Shown here piece after piece: positions 1-5,311 of a DNA stretch of 8,268 nucleotides (the stretch's first letter is position 1; each line of letters begins with the position of its first letter). The notes below the pieces were generated by a model, which was not told the origin of the DNA, did no database searches, and was given only the letters and a program-made list of their open reading frames with translations. Source of the stretch: a virus; the IMG/VR virus record IMGVR_UViG_3300036767_000929, positions 1-8,268 of that record; one strand, given 5' to 3'. The position numbers and the translations under genes were made by a program.

Positions 1-127
1 ACATCGGTTCGCCGGTCGTCAAGAAAGCAGACTTACGAGTCTTCGAATGTTACCGATCCACAGCAACCGGTGAAGCTAAATCGTCTAACGAAAATAAGAA
101 TATTTTTAATGATCCAAAGCTTAGAGT
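1..127. repeat. Left copy of the exact 127-bp terminal direct repeat (identical to 8142-8268)
   Basis: Base-by-base comparison: acatcggttcgccggtcgtcaag...gatccaaagcttagagt is present at both ends. Confidence 0.97.
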
Positions 128-599
128 ATTTCTTTCAGTTGCGCTTTTTGCTTTGTTCGTTTTTATCTACGCTCTGTGGGGTGCTGTTGAAAGGTATTCG
201 GACCGTATCAACCAGAATACTGAAGCCAGCGTTACTTCTTCTCCTGCGACTCCTGCTGTCGTTGCTACTTCTGATCCTTCTGGCCAGGTTGATCCGTTAC
301 CTACTGAGGTTCCTGATCGCCTGACTGTTCCTCTTAATTCCTTGCTCTCTGGTCGTGAGTTGTTTTTTGCTGGTTCATTTTTTGGCCGTCATTACTTCAC
401 CGCAATAGGCGACAAAAGCCAGCTTACTTTTACTGATTTTGATTTCGAATCTGCCGGCTTCAGCGTTGATGTCCTCTCTGATTGTCTGGCAATTCTTCGA
501 TCTTCTGAGTCCGTTACTTACGCCACTTGCTTACCAGACACAGATGATCAAAAGGATCGCTCTGTGGCTGTGTCAGATGCGCCAGAACGGATTTTTTGA
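1..599 (+). CDS. zot: 3' part of the Zot/pI-family assembly ATPase gene, continuing 7559..8268 across the circular junction. Codon phase starts at base 3 and the stop TGA is at 597-599.
   Basis: The open frame from base 3 is the same phase as 7559..8268 after subtracting 8141. It encodes a transmembrane segment FLSVALFALFVFIYALWGAV (about 129-188) followed by a roughly 135-aa C-terminal domain. This is the N-terminal ATPase / TM / periplasmic layout of pI/Zot. The joined gene is 1182 nt (393 aa). Confidence 0.9.
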   Translation, partial: IGSPVVKKADLRVFECYRSTATGEAKSSNENKNIFNDPKLRVFLSVALFALFVFIYALWGAVERYSDRINQNTEASVTSSPATPAVVATSDPSGQVDPLPTEVPDRLTVPLNSLLSGRELFFAGSFFGRHYFTAIGDKSQLTFTDFDFESAGFSVDVLSDCLAILRSSESVTYATCLPDTDDQKDRSVAVSDAPERIF

Positions 600-856
600 A
601 TACATTGTTAGTAGTGGTTCAGATTTATCTGAACAAGAGGTAGCGCAGCGTAGGACGTGAGTCCTGACCCTGTGTTCAAGAACTGAGGCACGAAGTTTTT
701 GTGCACATGGCCAGCTCTGCTGGCAGCCCACGGCGCGGGGCGCTTAACGATCAAGCGAACAGCGCAGGAGGCAAGCGCCCCGCGCTACGTCTCTGTAACA
801 CGTAGTTTAAAAGGGGGATTACCCTCGATGTTCTCGACTAAAAAAGGAATTTCGGT
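600..856. promoter_or_regulatory. Main intergenic region between zot and rep with clustered stem-loops; candidate replication origin(s), packaging signal and rep promoter
   Basis: Non-coding 257 bp. Hairpins read directly: 617-623/628-634 (7 bp, loop ttta), 651-656/661-666, 710-715/719-724 (6 bp, loop tct), 733-745/773-785 (13 bp perfect) and 785-790/800-805 (6 bp). It sits immediately upstream of rep, as the IG region does in other inoviruses. Confidence 0.6.
733..785. repeat. Perfect 13-bp GC-rich inverted repeat gcgcggggcgctt / aagcgccccgcgc with a 27-nt loop
   Basis: Arms 733-745 and 773-785 are exact reverse complements. This is the strongest predicted structure in the window. Confidence 0.9.
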
Positions 857-2206
857 ATGGCACGGTACGAAAATAAGAAACCTAACCGCTCTGGTTCAGT
901 GTTTACTAATGATCGGGGCTCTATCATTTCTGACTTATCATCAGTCCGTTTTCTTTTCCGTGGTGTCGATACTATTCGACAGTTGTATAACTGCTCTGTA
1001 CGACCTGAGATCTTTGACGCAGTGACTAACCACTGGGAAACCGCAAAAGATGACGTGATTATCCTGCAAGGCATGGAGTTCAAGCTTTCATCGTCGGGTA
1101 AGGCGGCCGGGTATAAGTACATCCTCAAAAATCTGGAAGCGGGCGTTATCGTTCTGTTCAAGTCCATGTACTGTGAGGCTGACAAGCAAGGGCCACACAT
1201 CAAGATAGAGGCAACGCCTCAACTGATTCAGGAACTCGGGTTACAGAAGCTGACCAATTACCTGAGACAAGTCGCGTCGATCTTTGCTGACACTCTTGAG
1301 GCCTCTGGCGTCGCTGTTCATCTGGCCTGTGACTTTAAAGGCTGGGAACCTCCCCAGGACTTTGAATCCAGTCTTGTTACCCGCTCTAAGCGAAATCTTC
1401 GGGTGAATGCGTTAACCGCTGCCCACAATCAATCAGTCTCTGAAGTTGCCTTGGTCTATGGTCAGGGCCAGACATACATGTTCGGTGAGTCGGGATCTCT
1501 CCAGTTCTGCCTGTATGAAAAGAGTGCTGAAGCCATCAAGTCCCGTAAGCTCGAGTTCTGCGAATCGCTATGGTCGCAAGTGCCCTCGGTCGATGATCCC
1601 AGCAAGCCAGAATACAACGACGGTTCAGACGGTACGGAAGCAGATACGGTCAGAAGGGTAGAGTTCAGGATTCACCAGAGTGTTATCAAAGAATTCGAAC
1701 ATGGCCATTTTAACGTAACTCAGCAACTCGACGAAAAGGGCAACATAGTTTCGCCGGGGGAGTTGTGTTGTATTCGAGAAGCGCGTGATCTGATTCCTCA
1801 CCTTCAAGGCCTTTGGGAATACTGCCTCAATAACTTTCGGTATCAGTACAGCACCACCTATGTTCATCCTCTATGGTCCATGCTGTCAGACGATGTTGAG
1901 TGGTTCGGGTTTGCTGAAGGGTGGACGTACAAGCGCAGTCAAAAAAAGTCCGTTGATGGGGTATCCAATCGCAACGTGGCCATGTGGTTGGGCAACTGGC
2001 TCCGGATTGCTGCAGCCAAAGGCTTGAAAACCTCGTTCGTGGTGAACCAGATCATGTCCGCGGGTGCTGATTCCATGGTGGCTGACTATTTCGGAGTAAG
2101 GCTATACGGTAATACCAATGAGGTGGTGTCTCTGCTGACTGAGTTCGTAGAGAAACGCATGAGGGATCATAGGCTGAACGGGGTAGGAGGGCTGAAAGTT
2201 GCGTAA
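857..2206 (+). CDS. Rolling-circle replication initiator (Rep_trans / RstA-like, gpII functional analogue), 449 aa
   Basis: ATG at 857 lies 8 nt after aagga (844-848). It is the first long ORF after the IG region. Motifs recalled from pT181 RepC/RepD-type initiators: VHLACDF (1316-1336, compare R-x-D-x-A-x-D), GESGSLQFCLYEK (putative catalytic Tyr220, codon 1514-1516, compare RIYNK/RIYDK) and RRVEFRIHQS (1652-1681, compare WRVEIELKRD). Confidence 0.78.
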   Translation: MARYENKKPNRSGSVFTNDRGSIISDLSSVRFLFRGVDTIRQLYNCSVRPEIFDAVTNHWETAKDDVIILQGMEFKLSSSGKAAGYKYILKNLEAGVIVLFKSMYCEADKQGPHIKIEATPQLIQELGLQKLTNYLRQVASIFADTLEASGVAVHLACDFKGWEPPQDFESSLVTRSKRNLRVNALTAAHNQSVSEVALVYGQGQTYMFGESGSLQFCLYEKSAEAIKSRKLEFCESLWSQVPSVDDPSKPEYNDGSDGTEADTVRRVEFRIHQSVIKEFEHGHFNVTQQLDEKGNIVSPGELCCIREARDLIPHLQGLWEYCLNNFRYQYSTTYVHPLWSMLSDDVEWFGFAEGWTYKRSQKKSVDGVSNRNVAMWLGNWLRIAAAKGLKTSFVVNQIMSAGADSMVADYFGVRLYGNTNEVVSLLTEFVEKRMRDHRLNGVGGLKVA

Positions 2207-3029
2207 TCTCAGTGATGCTATCCGTCTCTGGTACAAAGTACATGGCCATACCCTGAAGGATGCCAAGTACCGCTTCATGCGTACCTTAGCGATTGCTGAA
2301 CGTATGGATGATCCACTACTCACTGAATTCAGTGCTCGTACGTTTGCCGATTACCGCGCAGATCGGGCGGGTAAGGTAAGCAATGCCACACTGAACCATG
2401 AACTCAGATACCTTAGAGCGGTGTTCTCTGAACTCGTCAGGCTCCAATACCTGACAGAAAACCCACTGGCTCAGGTACGTCAGTTCGCGGTCACGGAAAC
2501 CGAACTCGCCTACCTTGATAAATTCCAGATAGAAACCCTGTTCGCATCGTTGCGGGAAGCAAAGAACCAACACGCCTACTGGGTCGCAAGGATCTGCCTG
2601 AGTACCGGTGCCCGTTGGATTGAAGCGGAAAGCCTGAAGGCCCATCAACTGGTTCAGAAGCCAAAGCCAGGTATCCGGTACGTGAATACAAAGAACGGGA
2701 AGAACCGCTTCGTTCCTGTAGATCCAGTCTTTCTGGCTGAATTGAGAATGGCCACACGGCCAGACAAAGATAAGAAGCTGTTCAAGTCCTGCCGATCGGC
2801 GTTCCGGTATGCGGTAAAGAGGGCGGGGTTAGAGTTTCCAGAACAGCAGATGACCCATATTCTGAGACACACCTACGCCAGTCACTTCCTTATGAACGGC
2901 GGGGATCTCTTCGTACTACAGCGGGTTCTTGGGCATTCGGACATCAAGACAACGATGAGATATAGCCACTTCTCCCCAGATTATCTGGATCAGGCTTCTA
3001 CCTTCGCACCCACTGTTAAAGGAGTTTAA
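2199..3029 (+). CDS. int: Tyrosine recombinase / phage integrase, 276 aa, TTG start
   Basis: Canonical catalytic signature: CLSTGARWIEAESLK (box I Arg), HILRHTYASH (H-x-x-R), LGHSDIKTTMRYSHF (His plus nucleophile Tyr255, codon 2961-2963). AGGAGG at 2185-2190 sits 8 nt before TTG 2199. The first in-frame ATG is at 2277. The catalytic region resembles the P2 Int C-terminal region as I recall it. Confidence 0.93.
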   Translation: MRNLSDAIRLWYKVHGHTLKDAKYRFMRTLAIAERMDDPLLTEFSARTFADYRADRAGKVSNATLNHELRYLRAVFSELVRLQYLTENPLAQVRQFAVTETELAYLDKFQIETLFASLREAKNQHAYWVARICLSTGARWIEAESLKAHQLVQKPKPGIRYVNTKNGKNRFVPVDPVFLAELRMATRPDKDKKLFKSCRSAFRYAVKRAGLEFPEQQMTHILRHTYASHFLMNGGDLFVLQRVLGHSDIKTTMRYSHFSPDYLDQASTFAPTVKGV

Positions 3030-3031
3030 CT

Positions 3032-3253
3032 ATGAATTTATCTATCTCGCTTTCAGAACTAATGGCTCTAGCTCTTCTAGATCCAATTTGTTCAGTTGGT
3101 CTTTATCACGACGATAAGCGCTATTCCGTACCCTGTGGCCTTCTGTATCACGCCGTGAAGGATCTCTCAAGTTACCCTGAAGTATTTTGGCCTCTCCCTG
3201 ATCCCGACTTGCACTTCGAAGTTGTCGAGAGTCTTTCTCAACTCCCTTTCTGA
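3032..3253 (+). CDS. Hypothetical 73-aa protein directly downstream of int
   Basis: ATG 3032 is preceded by aaaggag (3019-3025) and starts 2 nt after the int stop. No recognisable motif. An antisense ORF (3042..3281) overlaps it but starts inside the terminator hairpin. Confidence 0.5.
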   Translation: MNLSISLSELMALALLDPICSVGLYHDDKRYSVPCGLLYHAVKDLSSYPEVFWPLPDPDLHFEVVESLSQLPF

Positions 3254-3257
3254 GTCC

Positions 3258-3284
3258 AAAAAAAAGGATGCCTTTAGGCATCCT
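3258..3284 (-). terminator. Rho-independent terminator for minus-strand transcription
   Basis: 8-bp stem aggatgcc (3265-3272) / ggcatcct (3277-3284), loop ttta. It is preceded on the plus strand by A8 (3258-3265), which gives hairpin plus U-tract on the minus strand. It lies downstream of the minus-strand operon 3983..3405. Confidence 0.75.
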
Positions 3285-3308
3285 CTATCAATAACTGTCG
3301 GCTTGTAC

Positions 3309-3343
3309 AGTAACCGAAGTAACCACTAACACGTAAGTTACTG
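3309..3343. repeat. Short repeats in the attP arm: agtaacc direct repeat (3309-3315, 3319-3325) and cagtaac/gttactg inverted repeat (3308-3314, 3337-3343)
   Basis: Read directly. The direct repeats are 10 bp apart (one helical turn) and next to the tRNA-like core. A role as recombinase or accessory-factor sites is inference only. Confidence 0.35.
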
Positions 3344-3352
3344 AAAAATAAG

Positions 3353-3397
3353 TGGTAGCTATGACTGGACTTGAACCAGTGACCCCAGCATTATGAA
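3353..3397 (-). other. attP core: 3' half of a tRNA (anticodon loop with CAT, variable loop, T-arm, acceptor 3' strand, discriminator A, CCA). Not a complete tRNA gene.
   Basis: The minus strand reads ttcataa-tgctg-gggtc-actgg-ttcaagt-ccagt-catagct-a-cca. The T-stem actgg/ccagt pairs, the T-loop is ttcaagt, and there is a CCA end. It closely parallels the 3' half of elongator tRNA-Met as I recall it. Upstream sequence (gtgtt...) cannot pair with tgctg, and no agctatg acceptor partner exists. Confidence 0.8.
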
Positions 3398-3404
3398 AAC
3401 ACGG

Positions 3405-3644
3405 TTAGATTTCTCCTCTATCCATTGCTTTAAATGCCTGATTCGCGGTTAGTATCTTCTTCTCACTCTTCTTTCTGTCTTCTACTTGGCGTGCTCGTAC
3501 CAATGCTTGATACGCAATTCCGTTGTTGAATGCTATTCCTCCGGATGGCTTCCATCCTTCCATCATGTGAATCTGCACGTCTTTTTCTATCTGCCTGCAT
3601 TCTGCTGTGTCTTTGATCAGCTTGTATTCGTATACTGTCTTCAT
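3405..3644 (-). CDS. DUF1737-like small protein (79 aa), second gene of the immunity operon
   Basis: ATG at 3644-3642 has aagga 8 nt upstream on the minus strand. YEYKLI...IEKDVQIHMMEGWKPSGGIAFNNGIAYQALV matches the DUF1737 pattern I remember (short alpha/beta domain with GW-x-P-x-GG ... YQA). A basic C-terminal tail follows. Confidence 0.6.
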   Translation of the reverse strand: MKTVYEYKLIKDTAECRQIEKDVQIHMMEGWKPSGGIAFNNGIAYQALVRARQVEDRKKSEKKILTANQAFKAMDRGEI

Positions 3645-3713
3645 ATCCTTATTCCTTGAGCTTGAGTCGTTATAGCTTCCAACTGTCCGCGACTCGTTTT
3701 GCCAATCTTCTAC

Positions 3714-3983
3714 CTACGGCGTTTTCTTTAGCTGCCGTTGGGCCTTCTTAGTCATTGGGCTAATTTGCCCAGCTTCTGGTATTTCTTTTCCTGTCGAAAG
3801 CCAATAACCGTATTCCGGCCAGATCTCGGATAGTGCTTCCACTTCAGAAGCTCGCATTTCAACTGTGCCAGCCTTGACCGATCCCCAGCGCCTCCGGCCA
3901 ATACCTGTCTCTTCTTCAAGCCACGGCAGCTTCACTCCCTCTGACTCAAGCAATATCAAAAACCTATCAAGGCAACCTGACAT
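3714..3983 (-). CDS. Phage repressor-like HTH (Cro/CI/XRE-type) protein, 89 aa
   Basis: It is transcribed divergently from the morphogenesis operon, the position of Pf4r/RstR. The segment LEEETGIGRRRWGSVKAGTVEMRASEVEALSEIWPEYGYWLSTGKE has the helix-turn-helix ... W-L-x-T-G ending typical of CI/Cro-family domains. There is no SD before the ATG. Confidence 0.68.
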   Translation of the reverse strand: MSGCLDRFLILLESEGVKLPWLEEETGIGRRRWGSVKAGTVEMRASEVEALSEIWPEYGYWLSTGKEIPEAGQISPMTKKAQRQLKKTP

Positions 3984-3995
3984 ATAGATAAATAC

Positions 3996-4037
3996 AATGA
4001 CAAATTATTTGTTATCAATTGCAAATAGTTTGTCATT
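3996..4037. promoter_or_regulatory. 42-bp near-perfect palindrome; candidate operator of the repressor
   Basis: The left arm aatgacaaattatttg (3996-4011) matches the reverse complement of caaatagtttgtcatt (4022-4037) at 15 of 16 positions, with a 10-bp spacer. It is centred in the divergent intergenic region. An extra half-site-like copy gtttgtc occurs at 4050-4056, 22 bp after 4028-4034. Confidence 0.6.
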
Positions 4038-4047
4038 CTCCTATTGT
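4019..4047 (+). promoter_or_regulatory. Candidate sigma70 promoter for the rightward (late/morphogenesis) operon
   Basis: TTGCAA (4019-4024), 17-bp spacer, TATTGT (4042-4047). The spacer and -35 overlap the right arm of the palindrome. A candidate leftward promoter is TTGATA (complement of 4013-4018), 18 bp, TATTTA (complement of 3989-3994). Confidence 0.45.
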
Positions 4048-4053
4048 GTGTTT

Positions 4054-4075
4054 GTCCGGTACTGCAATACCGGAT
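4054..4075 (+). other. Stem-loop in the 5' leader of the rightward operon
   Basis: ccggta (4056-4061) pairs with taccgg (4068-4073), loop ctgcaa. The stem is extendable by t4055-a4074 and g4054-t4075. Confidence 0.4.
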
Positions 4076-4147
4076 TGCTGTTAAACGTAACCAACAATCC
4101 TACCCTTAAACGCGATAAGTGTCGCGCGGGTGGCATAGGGGCACATC

Positions 4148-4453
4148 ATGGACGTAAGGCAATTAGTGGACGACATCGCCGGGTCTTCTCCTTTTCCTGA
4201 GCTGTTTACCATCGCCATTCCCTCTGAAGATGCAAAGCGTGAGTTAGTCGCCTGCATCAAAGACCAGTCCGTTATGTATCCCGAAGTCGCTCTTCGCGCC
4301 GCTATCGCGCTCGCCTCTGATCCTGAGTCCTCACTAGATGACGTTATTGAATTCTTATCGGGTGTTCGTCAGGAGCTGAACGCGTTGGGTCTGGAACGTC
4401 TTGGTATTGCTCATTGCGCGGCGGTACCACAAGTAAACACTGGTTCAAGGTGA
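4148..4453 (+). CDS. Hypothetical acidic 101-aa protein, first gene of the rightward operon
   Basis: ATG 4148 lies 6 nt after agggg (4137-4141) in a clean ORF. No motif recognised. Confidence 0.6.
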   Translation: MDVRQLVDDIAGSSPFPELFTIAIPSEDAKRELVACIKDQSVMYPEVALRAAIALASDPESSLDDVIEFLSGVRQELNALGLERLGIAHCAAVPQVNTGSR

Positions 4454-4458
4454 TCTCC

Positions 4459-4692
4459 ATGTCTGTCGCATTGAAGAGTGTTTGCTCTGAAAAATTTATT
4501 TTGTCTTCTATCCGTGACGCCTTTCGGGCTCAGGATCGTACGTGTGTTCGTAAGTACAACACTGTTCTTACTCTAACTGTTCGTATCTCTGGTGATCTGC
4601 CGGAGCTGTTCGTAAAAAACAACGTACTTGATTGCAGAATGACGCTTGCTCAACTGATTCGTTTTTTGGATGGAATCGATCCGAATAAATGA
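4459..4692 (+). CDS. Hypothetical 77-aa protein. The ORF track gives 4414, but ATG 4459 is preferred.
   Basis: ATG 4459 follows aggtg (4446-4450) and avoids overlap with the upstream gene, whose stop is at 4451-4453. No motif recognised. Confidence 0.55.
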   Translation: MSVALKSVCSEKFILSSIRDAFRAQDRTCVRKYNTVLTLTVRISGDLPELFVKNNVLDCRMTLAQLIRFLDGIDPNK

Positions 4693-4764
4693 AAACACAA
4701 TGCGGCATAGAAAAGCGGCTGTGCTGCTGGGATTAACTCCGCTAACAAGAAAAGGTAACTACCA

Positions 4765-5055
4765 ATGAAAGCAACAATGACACTGCAAGTCCTCGGCTGT
4801 GCTTCCTACAACATGGAAAGCGGCAACATTTCTCAGGTGTTCGCGATGGTGAACGACCCTGAAAACAAGAACATAAAAGGCTTCGCCGTCGCGAAAATGT
4901 CGGCTGAATCCTCGGTAGTGGCCTCACTACCTGCTGACCCTAATCAGTACCCTTTCACTGCTGACTTTGAGGTTCACAACAAAGTAGCGGGTGGCAAGCT
5001 GACCCAGCACATCCAGCGTTACATTCCATCAGCTAAATCGCCTAAGGCCGGCTAA
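4765..5055 (+). CDS. Putative ssDNA-binding protein (gpV analogue), 96 aa
   Basis: The call rests on position (immediately upstream of the small membrane/coat genes), size near 90-100 aa and a sequence that looks beta-rich. SD aaagg is at 4751-4755. No diagnostic motif was verified. Confidence 0.4.
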   Translation: MKATMTLQVLGCASYNMESGNISQVFAMVNDPENKNIKGFAVAKMSAESSVVASLPADPNQYPFTADFEVHNKVAGGKLTQHIQRYIPSAKSPKAG

Positions 5056-5297
5056 TGGAGCTCGTTTATGTGTGTGATTCATCCCAGGACGTCACTACTG
5101 GAACCTATGCTCAATGTGATAATTGGATCAAGGTGGATTACACACAGCTAGTTCGGACGGCGGACGTAACGCGGCTAGAAGATCTGCTCGTTACCTTCTC
5201 CCCTGAAACGTTCGCGGCAATAGTCGCGGCAACCTTGGTGACGTTTATTACCGGCCATGTTGCTGGAGTAATCGTCAAGTTAATGAATAGAACCTGA
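5055..5297 (+). CDS. Small membrane protein (80 aa) with a C-terminal TM helix; possible minor coat or assembly protein
   Basis: The start overlaps the upstream stop (TAATG at 5053-5057). The C-terminal hydrophobic segment is FAAIVAATLVTFITGHVAGVIV, followed by basic KLMNRT. A roughly 83-aa ORF precedes coaB at the same position in Pf1-type phages. Confidence 0.5.
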   Translation: MELVYVCDSSQDVTTGTYAQCDNWIKVDYTQLVRTADVTRLEDLLVTFSPETFAAIVAATLVTFITGHVAGVIVKLMNRT

Positions 5298-5311
5298 AAA
5301 GGACTATAACC

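Noticed and set aside
1-599. Calling the zot-like protein an enterotoxin
   Set aside because: Zot-family membership reflects the pI morphogenesis function. I could not find the FCIGRL-type active peptide of V. cholerae Zot in the C-terminal domain. Only a loose resemblance (YFTAIGDKSQLTF) is visible, so no toxin claim is made. No ctxAB-like or other toxin cargo is present.
70-660. Plus-strand ORFs 70..324 (Leu-rich) and 439..660, and the 153 TTG start as an independent gene
   Set aside because: The first two are out-of-frame overlaps of the zot C-terminal coding region. The 153..599 entry is simply the tail of zot: TTG 153 lies inside its TM helix. I found no convincing internal start for a pXI-like product.
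699-1203. ORFs 699..1025 (+) and 838..1203 (-)
   Set aside because: The first begins inside the hairpin-rich intergenic region and runs out of frame into rep. The second is antisense to rep. Neither has an SD, and rep explains the coding signal.
3042-3281. 79-aa minus-strand ORF overlapping orf73
   Set aside because: Its start codon lies inside the terminator hairpin with no SD, whereas the plus-strand ORF has a strong aaaggag and is coupled to int. It is kept only as a caveat on orf73.
3353-3430. Possible complete tRNA-Met gene on the minus strand
   Set aside because: Only the 3' 45 nt fold as a tRNA. The sequence 5' of the anticodon loop (gtgtt...) cannot pair with tgctg, and there is no agctatg acceptor partner or D-arm. 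That region is instead the 3' end of the DUF1737-like CDS. It is interpreted as the attP core, not a gene.
3664-3700. Weak hairpin gagtcg/cgactc followed by TTTT between the repressor and the DUF1737 gene
   Set aside because: It has only a 6-bp stem and a 20-nt loop, and the T-run is on the plus strand, where nothing is transcribed toward it. It is not convincing as a terminator or attenuator.
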